Source of the DNA: Trypethelium eluteriae
Lineage: Eukaryota
Reading direction: 5' to 3'
NCBI GenBank assembly: GCA_051942245.1
Contig: JAVECL010000039.1
Location: forward strand, 1 to 64,000
Length of the DNA: 64,000 nucleotides
Of this stretch, positions 25,097 to 37,272 are shown one piece after another (within the stretch, counting starts at the first letter, position 1; every line of letters starts with the position of its first letter). The notes beneath the pieces are model-generated. The model did no database searches. It worked only from the letters and a program-made list of their open reading frames with translations, and had not been told where the DNA came from. The position numbers and the translations under genes are program-made.

Positions 25097-25742
25097 TAGG
25101 TGCTGCCTGACATTCTGCGTGACAGAAGGATTCCAGCTTACTGTCAGGACTTCTTACGATGCTTTGTCTCCTCTGGATCCATGGTGCACGTCGTCAGCAT
25201 GAGAATTCCACGCAAGAGCTAACTACACCGTGTGGATATTATGGACGGGGAGACAACGATGTGTTTACTACCCTAACTAATCACGACCATCGGCAAGAAC
25301 AGGAATTCGATCGAACAGAAAGAAGCTCAAGCTATGAAGGAGGCTGAACATATTACTCAAGAAATTCGAGAGTTGCAGAAGGACGAGGCTGAATACGATG
25401 CTATGCTTGCGGAACGGCAGTTTTTGTAGACATGTATTAGATATGGCCATGACTGTATGGTTGAATCAGGAGTTTTCATGGTGCAAAGGTGGATGAACCC
25501 AGCGTTTAAGAGGACATTTCCCTTCATAGATACTCGGTGATAACCTGGAGGATTGGTCGTGATATTTCCAGAAAGTCCAGTAAGGCGATTGTTCATGCTG
25601 AACCAAAAATCATTCACACTCTGAATTTGAGGGTCTTCTGCACGACTTTATTCGATATCTAAGTATTCATGAATTGCCTGGGGTAATTAGGGTATCTGAA
25701 TAGGGGGTGACGAAGAATTCAGAGCTTTCTTTTCCGTGTCAC

Positions 25743-26204
25743 TTATGTCCTCGGTGTCCGCATATTTGCCTTGACTCGCTCTAAGAGCTCTTTTCTCGGG
25801 GAATCGCTATTAGGCAGGAGACCGCGCTGGTGGAGGTCAGCATTCTGCTGTTCGTCTTCCGAAAATGTGGAGACCTACTTCTTGAAGCCATCGGCGCAAT
25901 TCCGTATCCGTCCAACCGTTAGGGTCTGTACATAACGTCAGGCTTGTTCGAAAATCCATAGTATTTTCTGTCTCTCAAGTACATGGGCATTGAGAACTAT
26001 GGTTTTGAAACACTCATACCTCCCTTAGGGTCCTTCTCCTTCGGAAACATCTCGGAGCCCCATATGGACCATGCTGAGACTGCGCCGACAATACCAGCAA
26101 ATGTCCAAAAGGCAGTCTGAGGCATATTATGAGTGCAATGAAGACTCAAAGCTGTGTAAAAAGAATACCTTTGACTGCATAGCGCGATCTAGAGCGGTAG
26201 GCAT
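25743..26204 (-). CDS. Small (87 aa) single-TM protein with a C-terminal helix-extension-helix/Ish1-like motif; exons 26169-26204, 26020-26116, 25879-25925, 25743-25826
   Basis: Three canonical GT..AG introns splice in frame to give MPTALDRAMQSKTAFWTFAGIVGAVSAWSIWGSEMFPKEKDPKGDPNGWTDTELRRWLQERGLLPNSDSPRKELLERVKANMRTPRT. Not in the ORF track. Confidence 0.85.
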
Positions 26205-26476
26205 CTTGATGGAGCTTCTTGAGAGAATGCTTTCAGGTAAATAAGATCTGTGGTAGTAGATAAGCAACGTGATTTTTCTCGGTCAAATTACCGAATTTTA
26301 AAGATACATTTACAAAGCTGGAGTCGTCAGAGGTAAAGTTGCGAACCAAGCATGTGCTGTCCTCATGCGGTAGCCTAGATTCTTTGGTTATGGCGGAAAG
26401 AGCTTGGGCCAGCTCTGATTTTGGTGGATCGGGATACAAGACGGAGCTCTCAAGTCTTCTCAGCTCTCTCGACTTC

Positions 26477-28460
26477 ATGATACAACAAGCACCCTCCCTG
26501 CGCCTCCTGAGGCAATTATCGAGAGACCTTATAGCGATCTCAACTGCACGATGGGTCTGTCCCAGTTGTCGCGTTCGGACCAGCGCTGTTCGCAACTACG
26601 CAGCAGCTTCAACAGCACCAGTAGAAAAACCTAAATACATTACAACTCCAATCTTTTACGTTAATGCTAGTATGTGAAGTGGTTTGCTGGCTCATATTAC
26701 TCATATTGGTGAGGCTAATCTACCTAGATCCTCATGTCGGCCACATGTACTCAATGGTTCTTGCCGACATCTTCAAGCGATGGTGGATTCTAAGGGGCAA
26801 GCAGGCCTTGCTCTGTACTGGGACAGATGAGCATGGCATGAAGGTCAGAAGCTAGATCGAAACATTGTGAGAAGCGTTTTACTGAACAGTCCCAAGTAGA
26901 TCCAACAAGCCGCCGCAAAAGCTAGCAGCGATCCCAAACCTTTCTGTGATAAGGGCGCCGACACTTTCAAAGTCAGTCTTTTCCAGTGCAGAGTCGAACG
27001 CATCCTCACATTTGCGTAGGACTTGGCCTCTCGGTTAGAGTTAACCAATGATCACTTCGTGCGAACAACAGACCAGGACCATCGAGACGCGGTTCAATTT
27101 GCTTGGGTAAGATTCTGGATGCATGAGTAAGATGATAACGGCTGAGAACTGGCAGACTCGACTTGAAGAGCGCGGCTACATATATACAGGTAAACATGAA
27201 GGATGGTACTCTATCAGCGATGAGACATTTTACCCTCAATCGGCTGTACACCTCATTGTGGATCCACCTACGGGAAGGAAAATTATGGTCTCAATGGAAA
27301 CAGGAACGGAAGTCAATTGGCAATCTGAGTACAACTATCACTTCAAGCTTTCCGAATTTCGAGAGCCTCTGCTTGAATTCTACCGAGAGAATCCGCAATG
27401 GATAGTGCCTCAGACTCGGATGGAGCAAGTGGTAAAGGCTGTCACCGAGGGCCTGCAAGACCTTTCCATATCCCGACCCGCTGAAAGGCTGGCATGGGGG
27501 ATCCCGGTACCAAATGATGACACTCAAACAATATATGTCTGGTTGGACGCTCTTACCAATTACATCACCAAGGCAGGTTTCCCGTGGGCCCCGGGCAAGG
27601 ACTCAGAGCAAGGTTGGCCAGCCGATGTGCATATCATTGGCAAGGACATAACGCGTTTCCACTGCATCTACTGGCCTGCCCTACTCATGGCGCTCGGCAT
27701 CTCCTTACCCAAAAATATTGTTGCGCACGCGCATTGGACACTCGGCAACAAGAAGATGTCCAAATCCACCGGCAATGTGGTGGACCCGTTCTTCGCGCTT
27801 GATCGCTTTGGTGTCGATGTGATGCGCTTCTATCTGGCTTACGACGGCGGTCTTGCCCAAGATGCTGATTACAGCAATTATCACATTATTGAAAAATATA
27901 GAAAAGCACTTCAGGGAGGACTTGGAAATCTAGCAAGTCGGGTTGTCAGGGGAAAAGGATGGAATTTACGGCTCATTGTTGAGCAGTGCACGAGTGGGTC
28001 GATGCCTCTCCATACAAGAAATGAGCATAAGCTGCAGAAGGAATTCCTCGATGGCCTGCCGAGAGTCGTACAGCAAAGCATGGAGAAAGAACTAGATATT
28101 CGAGCTGGACTCAGGGCAATCATGAATCTGGTCTACGAAACGAACAGATACATATCGGAGATGCAACCGTGGAAGCTGGTTGCGAAACCGTATAAGGCTT
28201 CGGACTCCAGGGAAGAGCCTTCGCCGGAACTGGCGACGACTGTATATCTTACTGCGGAGACGTTGAGGAAAGTGGGGATACTTCTGCAGCCTTTCATGCC
28301 GAACAAAGCGGCACAGTTACTAGATACCTTGGGCGTGGATCAAGAAAGAAGGACGTTCGATTGGGTGGAGAAAGTAGATGACAGCTACGGGACAAGCAAA
28401 GTGGAAGTCGGACGAGGTGTGGAAGGCGTGCTCTTCGGACCTTTGCAGAGCGACTTCTGA
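26477..28460 (+). CDS. msm1: Mitochondrial methionyl-tRNA synthetase, multi-exon
   Basis: Arg-rich presequence, YITTPIFYVN, PHVGH, GTDEHG, YVWLDAL, IGKDI, KMSKS. Confidence 0.96.
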
Positions 28461-29263
28461 AAGCGATTGAGGACTAGGACTCCGTCCAGCTAGTATAGAC
28501 CAGAAAGAATTGTAAGAATTGTACGTTTGGAGATGCCTGGGCCAAACCGTCGCCAATCAAAAACCTCTGCACCGTCCTGAAGTCAGACAAGCACATGCTG
28601 AGGGTCAATTGCAGATGAGCTGAGGCTGCACGTAACCACGTCGCAATGTCAATACTCTGTGCAGCAAATGGAGATGACGAAGATGGATGGATGGATCTGT
28701 GGCTCGTTTCAAAGCCAGAGTCGTTTCAAGACTCTTCCCGCGCTGGTGTGGAAAGGCACAGCCATCAATCGCTGTCCAAGCGCTCGAGGCTGTTTCAGGA
28801 GACCGGAAATTTCTTGATAAGCGCCACAATGCGTGGCACTTTAATCTAAAGTGCAAATGTGGGCGTGAAGGGCTCGCTCTCGGCCGTAGAATAAAGTAGA
28901 AGCCAGTCGCACGTGGAAATCCTCAAAGATCTCATAGCTCAGCGAATGATTGAGGGAGCGAATGAGGTGTTATTGATCCGAGTATCTCGACTGCCTCATT
29001 ATTTCGCGGAGTAACACGGTTACAGCTGCCTTTAGAGCGGGTTGTTGGGATATTGCGATCGCATAGGAACCTGGAGTGTTTGCCCACCTAGTTTACCAGG
29101 CAACTGCACTCGAGAATAATACCTCACATAACAAACCTTCCCATCACAATTACTACTACAACCCCACCGCAACCTCAACCATTCTTCAGATTCGCGCCAT
29201 TTTCTCTGAAAACCCCCACAGCCACTTACACCACTTCGTTCACTTCCAGCATTCGCATCGAAA

Positions 29264-30686
29264 ATGACTAGCGAGGTGAGTCAAGAACACCCCTCCTGCC
29301 TCTTCTATGGGGAGTAGCTATTGTCGTGGATCTTCCAATTCCTCTGCCGCATTTTGGATTTGGAGTATAAGCTAACTTGGCCTGTCCGCAAAGCGCGAAA
29401 GGTATCGACTTCACAGCTCGAACCTACCCGTCAGCCCGATGCTAATTCCTTACAGCAAGACCTTCCTCGCAAGGCTGAGCGAGCAGGCCGAGCGTTACGA
29501 TGGTACGTATCACAGTTGACCACGATCGTGTATAGCAGATGGCTGAAAACCTTCCTTACAGAGATGGTCACGTACATGAAGGTGGGCAATAGAAAGTTCG
29601 ACCAGAGATTTGTGCCAAGCTAACCTGTGCTATAGGATGTCGCAGAGGTACGCCTTCCTAACTTATCCTGTACTCACGATCTGGACGAAGCTCTGTCGAA
29701 CGTCTTTGCTCTTCCATTCGCCAATGACTGAGTGAACAGATCGGAGGTGAATTGACTGTCGATGAGCGAAATTTGCTCTCTGTCGCCTACAAGAACGTTG
29801 TTGGCACCCGTCGTGCATCATGGCGCATAATCTCCTCCATCGAGCAAAAAGAAGAGTCCAAGGGCAGTGATAAGCATGTGACTACCATTCGCGACTATCG
29901 TCAGAAAATTGAGTTGGAGCTTGCGGACACCTGCTGGGATGTTCTTAGCGTCCTTGACAAGAGCTTGATTCCTAAGGCTGAGTCGGGAGAGTCGAAAGTC
30001 TTCTACCACAAAATGTGCGTGTGCTTGTCGCCAAGGGCTACAAATGTTCCGGACATGGGCCGGCCGAATTTTCGCTAACCCCTAGACATAGGAAGGGAGA
30101 CTATCACCGTTACCTTGCCGAGTTTGCCTCTGGAGATAAGCGCAAGGAATCCGCCACTGCTGCTCACGACTCGTACAAGGTACGTGCGATGACTCACCCC
30201 TGCTGCCATTACAGAGAGATACGTTATAAAATTTGCTCTTTAATTGCTGCCCACTGACTTCGCCTTTCCTGCGATCAGGCCGCTACCGAAGTCGCTCAAA
30301 CCGAGCTCACGCCCACGCACCCGATCCGCCTCGGGCTTGCCCTCAATTTTTCCGTCTTCTACTACGAGATCCTCAACTCGCCGGATCGTGCATGCCACCT
30401 CGCCAAGAACTGCTTCGACGAGGCCATCGCCGAGCTCGACTCCCTCTCCGAAGACTCCTACCGCGACTCCACCCTCATCATGCAGCTCCTGCGCGACAAT
30501 CTCACCCTCTGGACCTCCTCCGAATCTGGCGAGGCTGGCGAGGGAAGTGGTGCCACTGGTGCTGCTACGGGTACTGCCGATAGTAGCAAGGCCGACGGCG
30601 AGAAAGGTGCTGCTGCTACTACAACGTCGGCCGAGAAGACAGAGGGTGCCGCTGCGACGACAGGTGAAGCCACGGCTCAGGCTTAG
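29264..30686 (+). CDS. 14-3-3 protein (second, more divergent paralog type), 8 exons with 5' micro-exons
   Basis: [55 protein letters not shown]...[12 protein letters not shown]...[18 protein letters not shown]...[12 protein letters not shown]. Confidence 0.97.
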
Positions 30687-32700
30687 GCGCGGGATGGGGA
30701 ATACAGGGATACAGGGTGGGATACTTGCCGGCGTGAAGCATTTGCGGGCAGGAAGGAACATGTGCTTTCCAGCGGTTGAAAATACAAGGGGTGGAAGGTG
30801 GGATGCGATGGACGATGAGACAGAAAACCCTATGTGCTCTTGCTTCACGAACCTCAATGCCCTCCTGGTCCCCTAGGCCTATATATGACGGGAAATACCT
30901 TAGCGAGCGATGATTTATTTTCCTAAAGGATCCTAAAGCACTGCTTTTTTTTCCCCTTTCCCCTCTCACCACTGACTTTAGTCGTCGTGTTGTCGTTAGC
31001 TATATAGTTAGCTAACCGCGGTACTTGCTTATGCTAACGCTCCTTAAGGGGTACATATCTTACAGACTTTTATTTGATGTTCACCGATAAAACATCGCCC
31101 TCCTGTTCTTTTTGTTGATCTCGATGCCTACATAAAATTTTTAGAACGAAAGTATGGGCGCCGCAGATTTTCCTGTACCTCGATACCCAAATGGCCCGTG
31201 TCTCAGTCTTGGTCAATTTGAAGAAATATGATAATTGGCTGGGGCCGTTGGCGTTCTTGTGTTCAATCAACAAAGGTACTTTTTCTACACTTTCCTCTGA
31301 GACCGGATATCTGGACTCCCTCTTCGTCTACGAACTTTAAGTTGGTCTTGAGGTTTCTCACTGTGCTCTTGAGGCGCTACTTCTGTCTGAGCCGCTGATG
31401 ACCCCTATAGTCTTGCAGCGCGATACATATATTCCCCTTCACGAGACTTTGTTCTGATGTGGAACAGTATGTTGTTTCAACAACATGCAAATCCTCGCAA
31501 CCTGGGCAAATATGAGCTGGTGGAGTCATTATTCTTGAACTAATACAAGAGAGATGGGTACCTTATGGAAGGTCATTGCAATGCTCATTTGCTATACTAC
31601 TACATCGCCAAGCCTAGCTTCTTAACATCAGGTAGTGGATGACAACCACTCAACAGCATTCACCTTGAGGTTTATACTCTTCCTGTAGTATAAACACCAT
31701 AGTTAAAGCAGTACCAGTCATCCCTCTGGAGATCAAAATAGCTGGGGAGCTTGTTTCTTGAAACTTGTGAAGCGGGTGAACTTCGGCTGGGGGCGTGGAT
31801 TTAACGTCAAATCGTTTTCAATTTTGAACACTACTTTAATTTAATGACTTTCTAGCTATGTAATTAACTTCACAAACTTTGCCCGCCCGCCTCCTGATCA
31901 ATGTCACGGCGGTTCCCGATTGTTCTCTTTTCGGGCAGTAGTCGAAGTCTGGTTAGGCGTTTTCACCCGTTCAGGATGACCATGAAGGGATCCATGTAAG
32001 TGAAGCCTGTATGATTTGCTCGGGATTCGACTCTTTTAGTCGTCCGGCAATGGCTCTCAGTTCTCATTCGAGAGAGTACTTGGATTTCTGCCGTTGATTT
32101 TGGGCGTACTAAGATGGTGTATCAATATTTTCTCCTCTCTAATGGAGACGCCCAAAACAATTTCCATCCCAGCGCAGAAAAGAATGAGAGGGGCACGCAG
32201 GTGACAGAAAAACGGAGACTCTTTTCATGCGTACTTCTATCAATGTGTATCTCGGTCGGGCCGTGTCTCCATTTTTCTGTCACACGCGTGTCGGAGGGTG
32301 GGAGGGAAACCACCTCCTTCCCTCTCTTTCGGTACATCCACTAATCAGAATCAAGGATAAACTGAAGACATGGAGCTAAAGCTTGATAAAAATCCACTTT
32401 TCCCATTGATTCCGTCCTCGAAAGTCATGTTCCGCGTCAACAACAGCCAGTGAAAGCTTTTGCAGACAAGTGTCAAGAACAAATCTTGCGAGCCTTGCAT
32501 GAAAGCCAAGAGTAAGCACGTATGTTGAAGTCCGATCTTAAGTGGAAGAACAACAATGGCAGTAGGGACAGCAACAACAACCATGAGGATAATGGCAACC
32601 GAAGCAGCTCCGTATCTCATTCAATGTCGCCCTCATCATCGCTCAGGTCTTCGTCCTCTCCCATCTCCACGTCATGCTCTCTACACGCTACTCGGGTCCT

Positions 32701-33906
32701 TTAGCGTGGAGTAAAGACGATTGCGGGTGCGGCTCGACTTGAGCATGCCTTGCAGCCAGCAGCGCATGGGCGGCGGAGGCTCCGGGTGGAAGCCCGGAGG
32801 CCTAGATCGTGCCTGCGGGACCGGAACAGAGGAGCAGCAGTGCGACATGCCCTGAGGATCTGCGTTGGCGGGATTGTCTCTCTGTGGCAGCGTTTCGCTG
32901 TCGGTAGCTCCTCGAGATAGTCCACCCACGTCTCGAGGCAATTGCGACCCCGCTTCCTGCTAGCATTCTCGAAGTCGAAGGGTTCTTTGACCTCTTCCAT
33001 TGGAGCCGGCCCGTATGGAACGCGCCGGAGGCGCTTGTCGGGAACGTCGAACCACCATGGGCGGAACCCTCGCGGTGGCTCAATGCTGGGGACGCGAGGG
33101 AGGTTCCGAAACTTCCCGCTCGTTGCCCGTGTAAGGGCCAATTCCCAGGCAAGCCGCTTCCCGCGTTCGTCGGGGACGTATCGAACCAGGTCCCCTTTGG
33201 GTTGGGCCTGACGACGAAGGCGAGCGAGCTTACGGGAGGCTGCTGTGGCTCTCGAGTATCGGTCACGTTTCATGACCGTTTGGACGAAACTCTTTTCGGC
33301 AAACGCAGCCTCCAGCTTGAGCGTCAACTCTTCGATGACATCCTTGGGAGTCGGATCGTCGACCACGAGGGCCATGTCCCCAAATAGATCCCTGATGTCC
33401 GCCTCCCCGGTTGGGTGCACCCATTCGACATCCCCCTCTCGACGAGCTTCAATTTGCTCGACAAGGGAGCATCGCCTGCCATCCAGTGTGGAATCTGGGT
33501 GTTTATCGGCGAGTTTTTCGATGAGCGAACGGTACGAATCTGTGTTCGCACCTTCCTCCACCCCCTCCTCCTCTTCGTCTTCCTCGACAGCCGATCCGTC
33601 ACGGTACACCCAGAGCTGAGGACGGTCGGCTTTGGCCTTGGCTGTCGGGAAGCTTGGAGCCTCCTGAGATGGCGCCTCTAGGAAGGTCGCCAAATCGAGA
33701 CAAGCCATCTTCACCTGGAGCTGGGCCCGTGAACGGAAGGCCCTCTGCTTGGATGCCCAAGCAGACCGACAGCTGGGCCTCGCCTCCTCTGCTCTCTTCC
33801 ACGCGCGGCCACTTTGGAGTGCCTCGTGCGGAAGGCGTGTTGGCTTGCTGCCAACCTCATGAGAATAATAGCTCTGCCGAGCTATCACCGTTGGCTGAGG
33901 TTTCAT
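32701..33906 (-). CDS. Hypothetical orphan protein (~400 aa), no recognised domain
   Basis: Long stop-free, GC-rich, intronless ORF (408 codons from TTG 33927; first ATG 33906) with an acidic tract and basic NLS-like clusters. Confidence 0.55.
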   Translation of the reverse strand: MKPQPTVIARQSYYSHEVGSKPTRLPHEALQSGRAWKRAEEARPSCRSAWASKQRAFRSRAQLQVKMACLDLATFLEAPSQEAPSFPTAKAKADRPQLWVYRDGSAVEEDEEEEGVEEGANTDSYRSLIEKLADKHPDSTLDGRRCSLVEQIEARREGDVEWVHPTGEADIRDLFGDMALVVDDPTPKDVIEELTLKLEAAFAEKSFVQTVMKRDRYSRATAASRKLARLRRQAQPKGDLVRYVPDERGKRLAWELALTRATSGKFRNLPRVPSIEPPRGFRPWWFDVPDKRLRRVPYGPAPMEEVKEPFDFENASRKRGRNCLETWVDYLEELPTAKRCHRETIPPTQILRACRTAAPLFRSRRHDLGLRASTRSLRRPCAAGCKACSSRAAPAIVFTPR

Positions 33907-35858
33907 CACGCGTGTTGCGCTGCTCAAATTAGTTCAATGCATTTCGCGATGAACTCGAGCCAGATCACGAACTGGACTGGAGCTATCCCTTTGAGGATAT
34001 GTCTTGTGAGTCGTGACCCACGACTACTCGATAGGGCGATGCCCTTAAGGGCATTTCTGGTGGGTGAAAGGACGGTTTCCATCGCTACCTACAGCTTGCC
34101 ATTAGCGATCGAAAACGATGCAGTAAGCGGTTATGCTGAACGTACTTATAGCGTGGACAATGGTGATTTCAGAGATGTGCAACTTGGGAGCACCCCAGAT
34201 AGATGATGAGATGGGCTATGAAGGTGTCTGGAAAATTGAGGATGTTTGTAAGTGGTCGATGCGAAGTGGGTGAAGGAAGAAAAGCTAAAGGTGGAGGTGG
34301 AGCCAAATTATATCTGGGAAATTCTAAGGCAGCAGCGCCCAGTGCAGCTTCTGCAGTGTGATACAGCCATCACAGTGTTTGGTGTTTTGAGGCCCGGGAT
34401 TTGGATCGCGTTCGGGATATGACCGTGTGTTGGTGAGAAAGGGGTCGAGCAACGCCCGACACTGCAATCTCGAACTAACTGTGAACCTAGAGGTTTCCCC
34501 AGTCGTTTGCTCGAATTCGATCCTTGGCGAGAATTTCCAAACGCCTGTCCTGCTTTTAGTGGTCAATCTAGCTGTGATCTCCACCTTCTAGGCATCATTT
34601 TCAAATTGCTTGGATCACACAACCCCAACCTCTTGAAGAAGCTGGGGTTACATTGAGTATGTACGCCCTGAATCTGTACAGCCTGGCTTGGAAAATCTTG
34701 CAAGATTGGCTGTAGTCGAAGCATGTGACCTCCCAAATCACACAAATAATTGAGTCTTCAGGGCCGGTGATCTACGGAGAGAGCGGGGGTTGCGCCTATA
34801 TTGCATGATCTAGTGATTCGCGGTTTATGGACAAGCTCTTCTAAATTATCTGCTGATAGACAACATCACTCAGAGATAGTATACGGAAGGATACTCTAGG
34901 TATTGTGAAGCAGGGCCAACAGTCCACACGTTTATATATGACATTTCTCTACCTACCTGCAACCACAGACACCTCGTAGGCAAAAAGGCTGAAGCGATGC
35001 CAAAGTATCGAGTAATATTTAGGAAGAGGATCGAAAAAATCTAAGAGGGAGTTTTGAAGGTAAGTCCGGCGCCCGGTCCTTGCAATTTCATGAACAGCCT
35101 TTGCATGGCGGTCTTATATCTGGAGTCGGATTAAGCTAGAGAAGCAAGCATGAAGGTGAGGCGGTTTGGATTGCGTCCTATCCATCTCTGTCTTAATGTT
35201 ACCGAATCGCAACAATTATGGAACCAAAGAGTCTAAACTTCGCTCGTTGACTTGGTATCATGCCGTTGCTCATAGCAGTGGTACAGATGGTCGTGATATT
35301 TGCAGTATAATAATTTACACAATGTCGTCGTGGTATCTTCATTGATGCTATAAGCTCCCCCATTTCCTTTAGTTCGTTAGCATCTATGTCCTCACACAAA
35401 ACTTGGACAATATGCTCCACAACAGTCAGACGGATGTCTGCGTCGGTGAGACTCACTTCAGGTACACAAAGCCTGTACGACACCCTGAGCTTCTCCTTCG
35501 TTTGGAGCCTTTGGTCTTGTGGAGCCTAAGTCAGACGACGCATGACGCTGTTTCGGCGGTAGTGCTGATAGCAGAAACTGGATGCCGACAACCACCCAGA
35601 CTCTTCCATGATCTCCTGGGCACAGCAGTGGCGCCGGCAAAACTGCTGTCGACCCCACGGGCTGCGGTGTTTCTATCACCTTGTCCTGCCCTAAAATAAT
35701 TGATCAAGGGATATTGCAGGAGATATGTCTTACATCTCCCTTTCGAGGTCTGCTGGAAAGCCTAAGTCTCTGTCGCACACGTCGCTTACGGGACCCAGTG
35801 GAAACATTGTTTCGCATGGCCCCGTATCCTCCAGAAGGGTCAACAGTTGAATGCTACA

Positions 35859-36825
35859 TCACATAAGTAGCCTCCAAACACCTAGCAGAATGCCTGCCGT
35901 GCCAGCGCAAACGCCACTACGATCCAGTTAGTATTTTGCTCTCTTCCCGCGGAATACTCCTTATCCCAATTAAAGCACTTACAACAACCACTGCACACTC
36001 TGGAACTTGACTGACTCCAGCCTCTCTCTCAGTCCTGCACTCTCCTGCTCGATCCTCGTCTCCGTCTCCTTAACCTTCATCTCCTGCATGCCCGCCTCCT
36101 CGCGAATCCTCCCTTTCTCGAGATTCAGATCCAAGCGCACGCTGGCCTTCGTCCGCTCCACCTCGTCCCGCAGTCGACTGTTCAGCTTCTGCAGCTCGTT
36201 GGTGAGGCGCTCGTGCGAAGTCCGGGTCGCACTGGTCTCGGTGCTGTCGGCGCTGAGGAGCTCGGACCGGAGTTTCGCGAAGTCGACTTTCTGCGTGTAG
36301 GTCGTGCGATCTTGGTCTTCACGGAGGACCATGGTACGCGTGAGGTTTTGAATGCTACAGAAAGGAGTAAGACTGGGTCAGCGACGGAAGAGTGGGTAGG
36401 GAGATGAATGGTGGGAAAAGATAAGGAGGGTGGCGCAAGTACCTCTCCTCGATGACGTCGCTAAGGACTTTCATCATGGCAACAGCTTGCTCTTCCGTGA
36501 AGCCTTCGTCTTTGAGTCGTTGCACGAACTTCAATGTATCGAAATGGTGATCGCGAAACCGTACCATGGTGGAAGAAAACGCCCTTCGAGACTCGAGCGT
36601 TATGCCCAAGCTTGGGCATTTGGGTTCATAACTACGTCCGAGGCCGAGATTTGGATTGTGGGTTTGCGAGCATACTGGAGGCGAATGATATTGTCTAGAT
36701 CGATGCTCCGAATTCGAGTTCATCGAGACATATGGCCTCGCTAGATGTGGGATGCTCGAAGCACTGGCCCAGCGCGGTGACAGCAGACGCGGAAGATGCC
36801 TTGGAAAAGCGACTGGTGTAGCCAT
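35859..36825 (-). CDS. DUF1640 (CCDC90/MCUR1/Fmp32-like) mitochondrial coiled-coil protein; introns 36355-36442 and 35917-35982
   Basis: Presequence, HHFDTLKFVQRLKDEGF, YTQKVDFAKLRSEL, SVRLDLNLEKGRIREE; C-terminal TM FGVCAGTAGILLGVWRLLM. Confidence 0.93.
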
Positions 36826-37272
36826 AGCTGTATGTTATGTATTGTTGCCTGTTGTGCATGGAGTTGGGCATCCAAAAATTTGGATTGAAGTCTATGCTCG
36901 TTCACGTGATCGTCATAGTTAAAAATCGAGACTTGCCCAAGGTGCTAAGGTACCTAGACCTTCCAGGTTACCTGGTAGGTACCCGTAGTCATGCGATCGC
37001 GAATAGTCGCAGGAAGGCCTATATCTTACGGCAGATCGGAATAGCTCATTGATGTACGGTATACAGCTATGTTCTCCTGTCCTGCAAATAAATGTCCTCG
37101 TAGTAAAAAGGCCGCTCACGTTAATATCGTCGAAATCGTGGTAATAATAGAGACCACTTGCTCTCATCACCCGTCATTGTCCGTCATTTGCCCTATTCCA
37201 ACTCAAAGGAGAAATAAAGGGCTCTGAATGTTACCAACCGCAAATCTCACCGAGTGAAGGCTATTTTAATCC

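Noticed and set aside
26233..26595. Minus-strand ORF whose internal ATG overlaps the MetRS ATG in a TCATGA palindrome
   Set aside because: No protein-like features; the real divergent gene starts at 26204.
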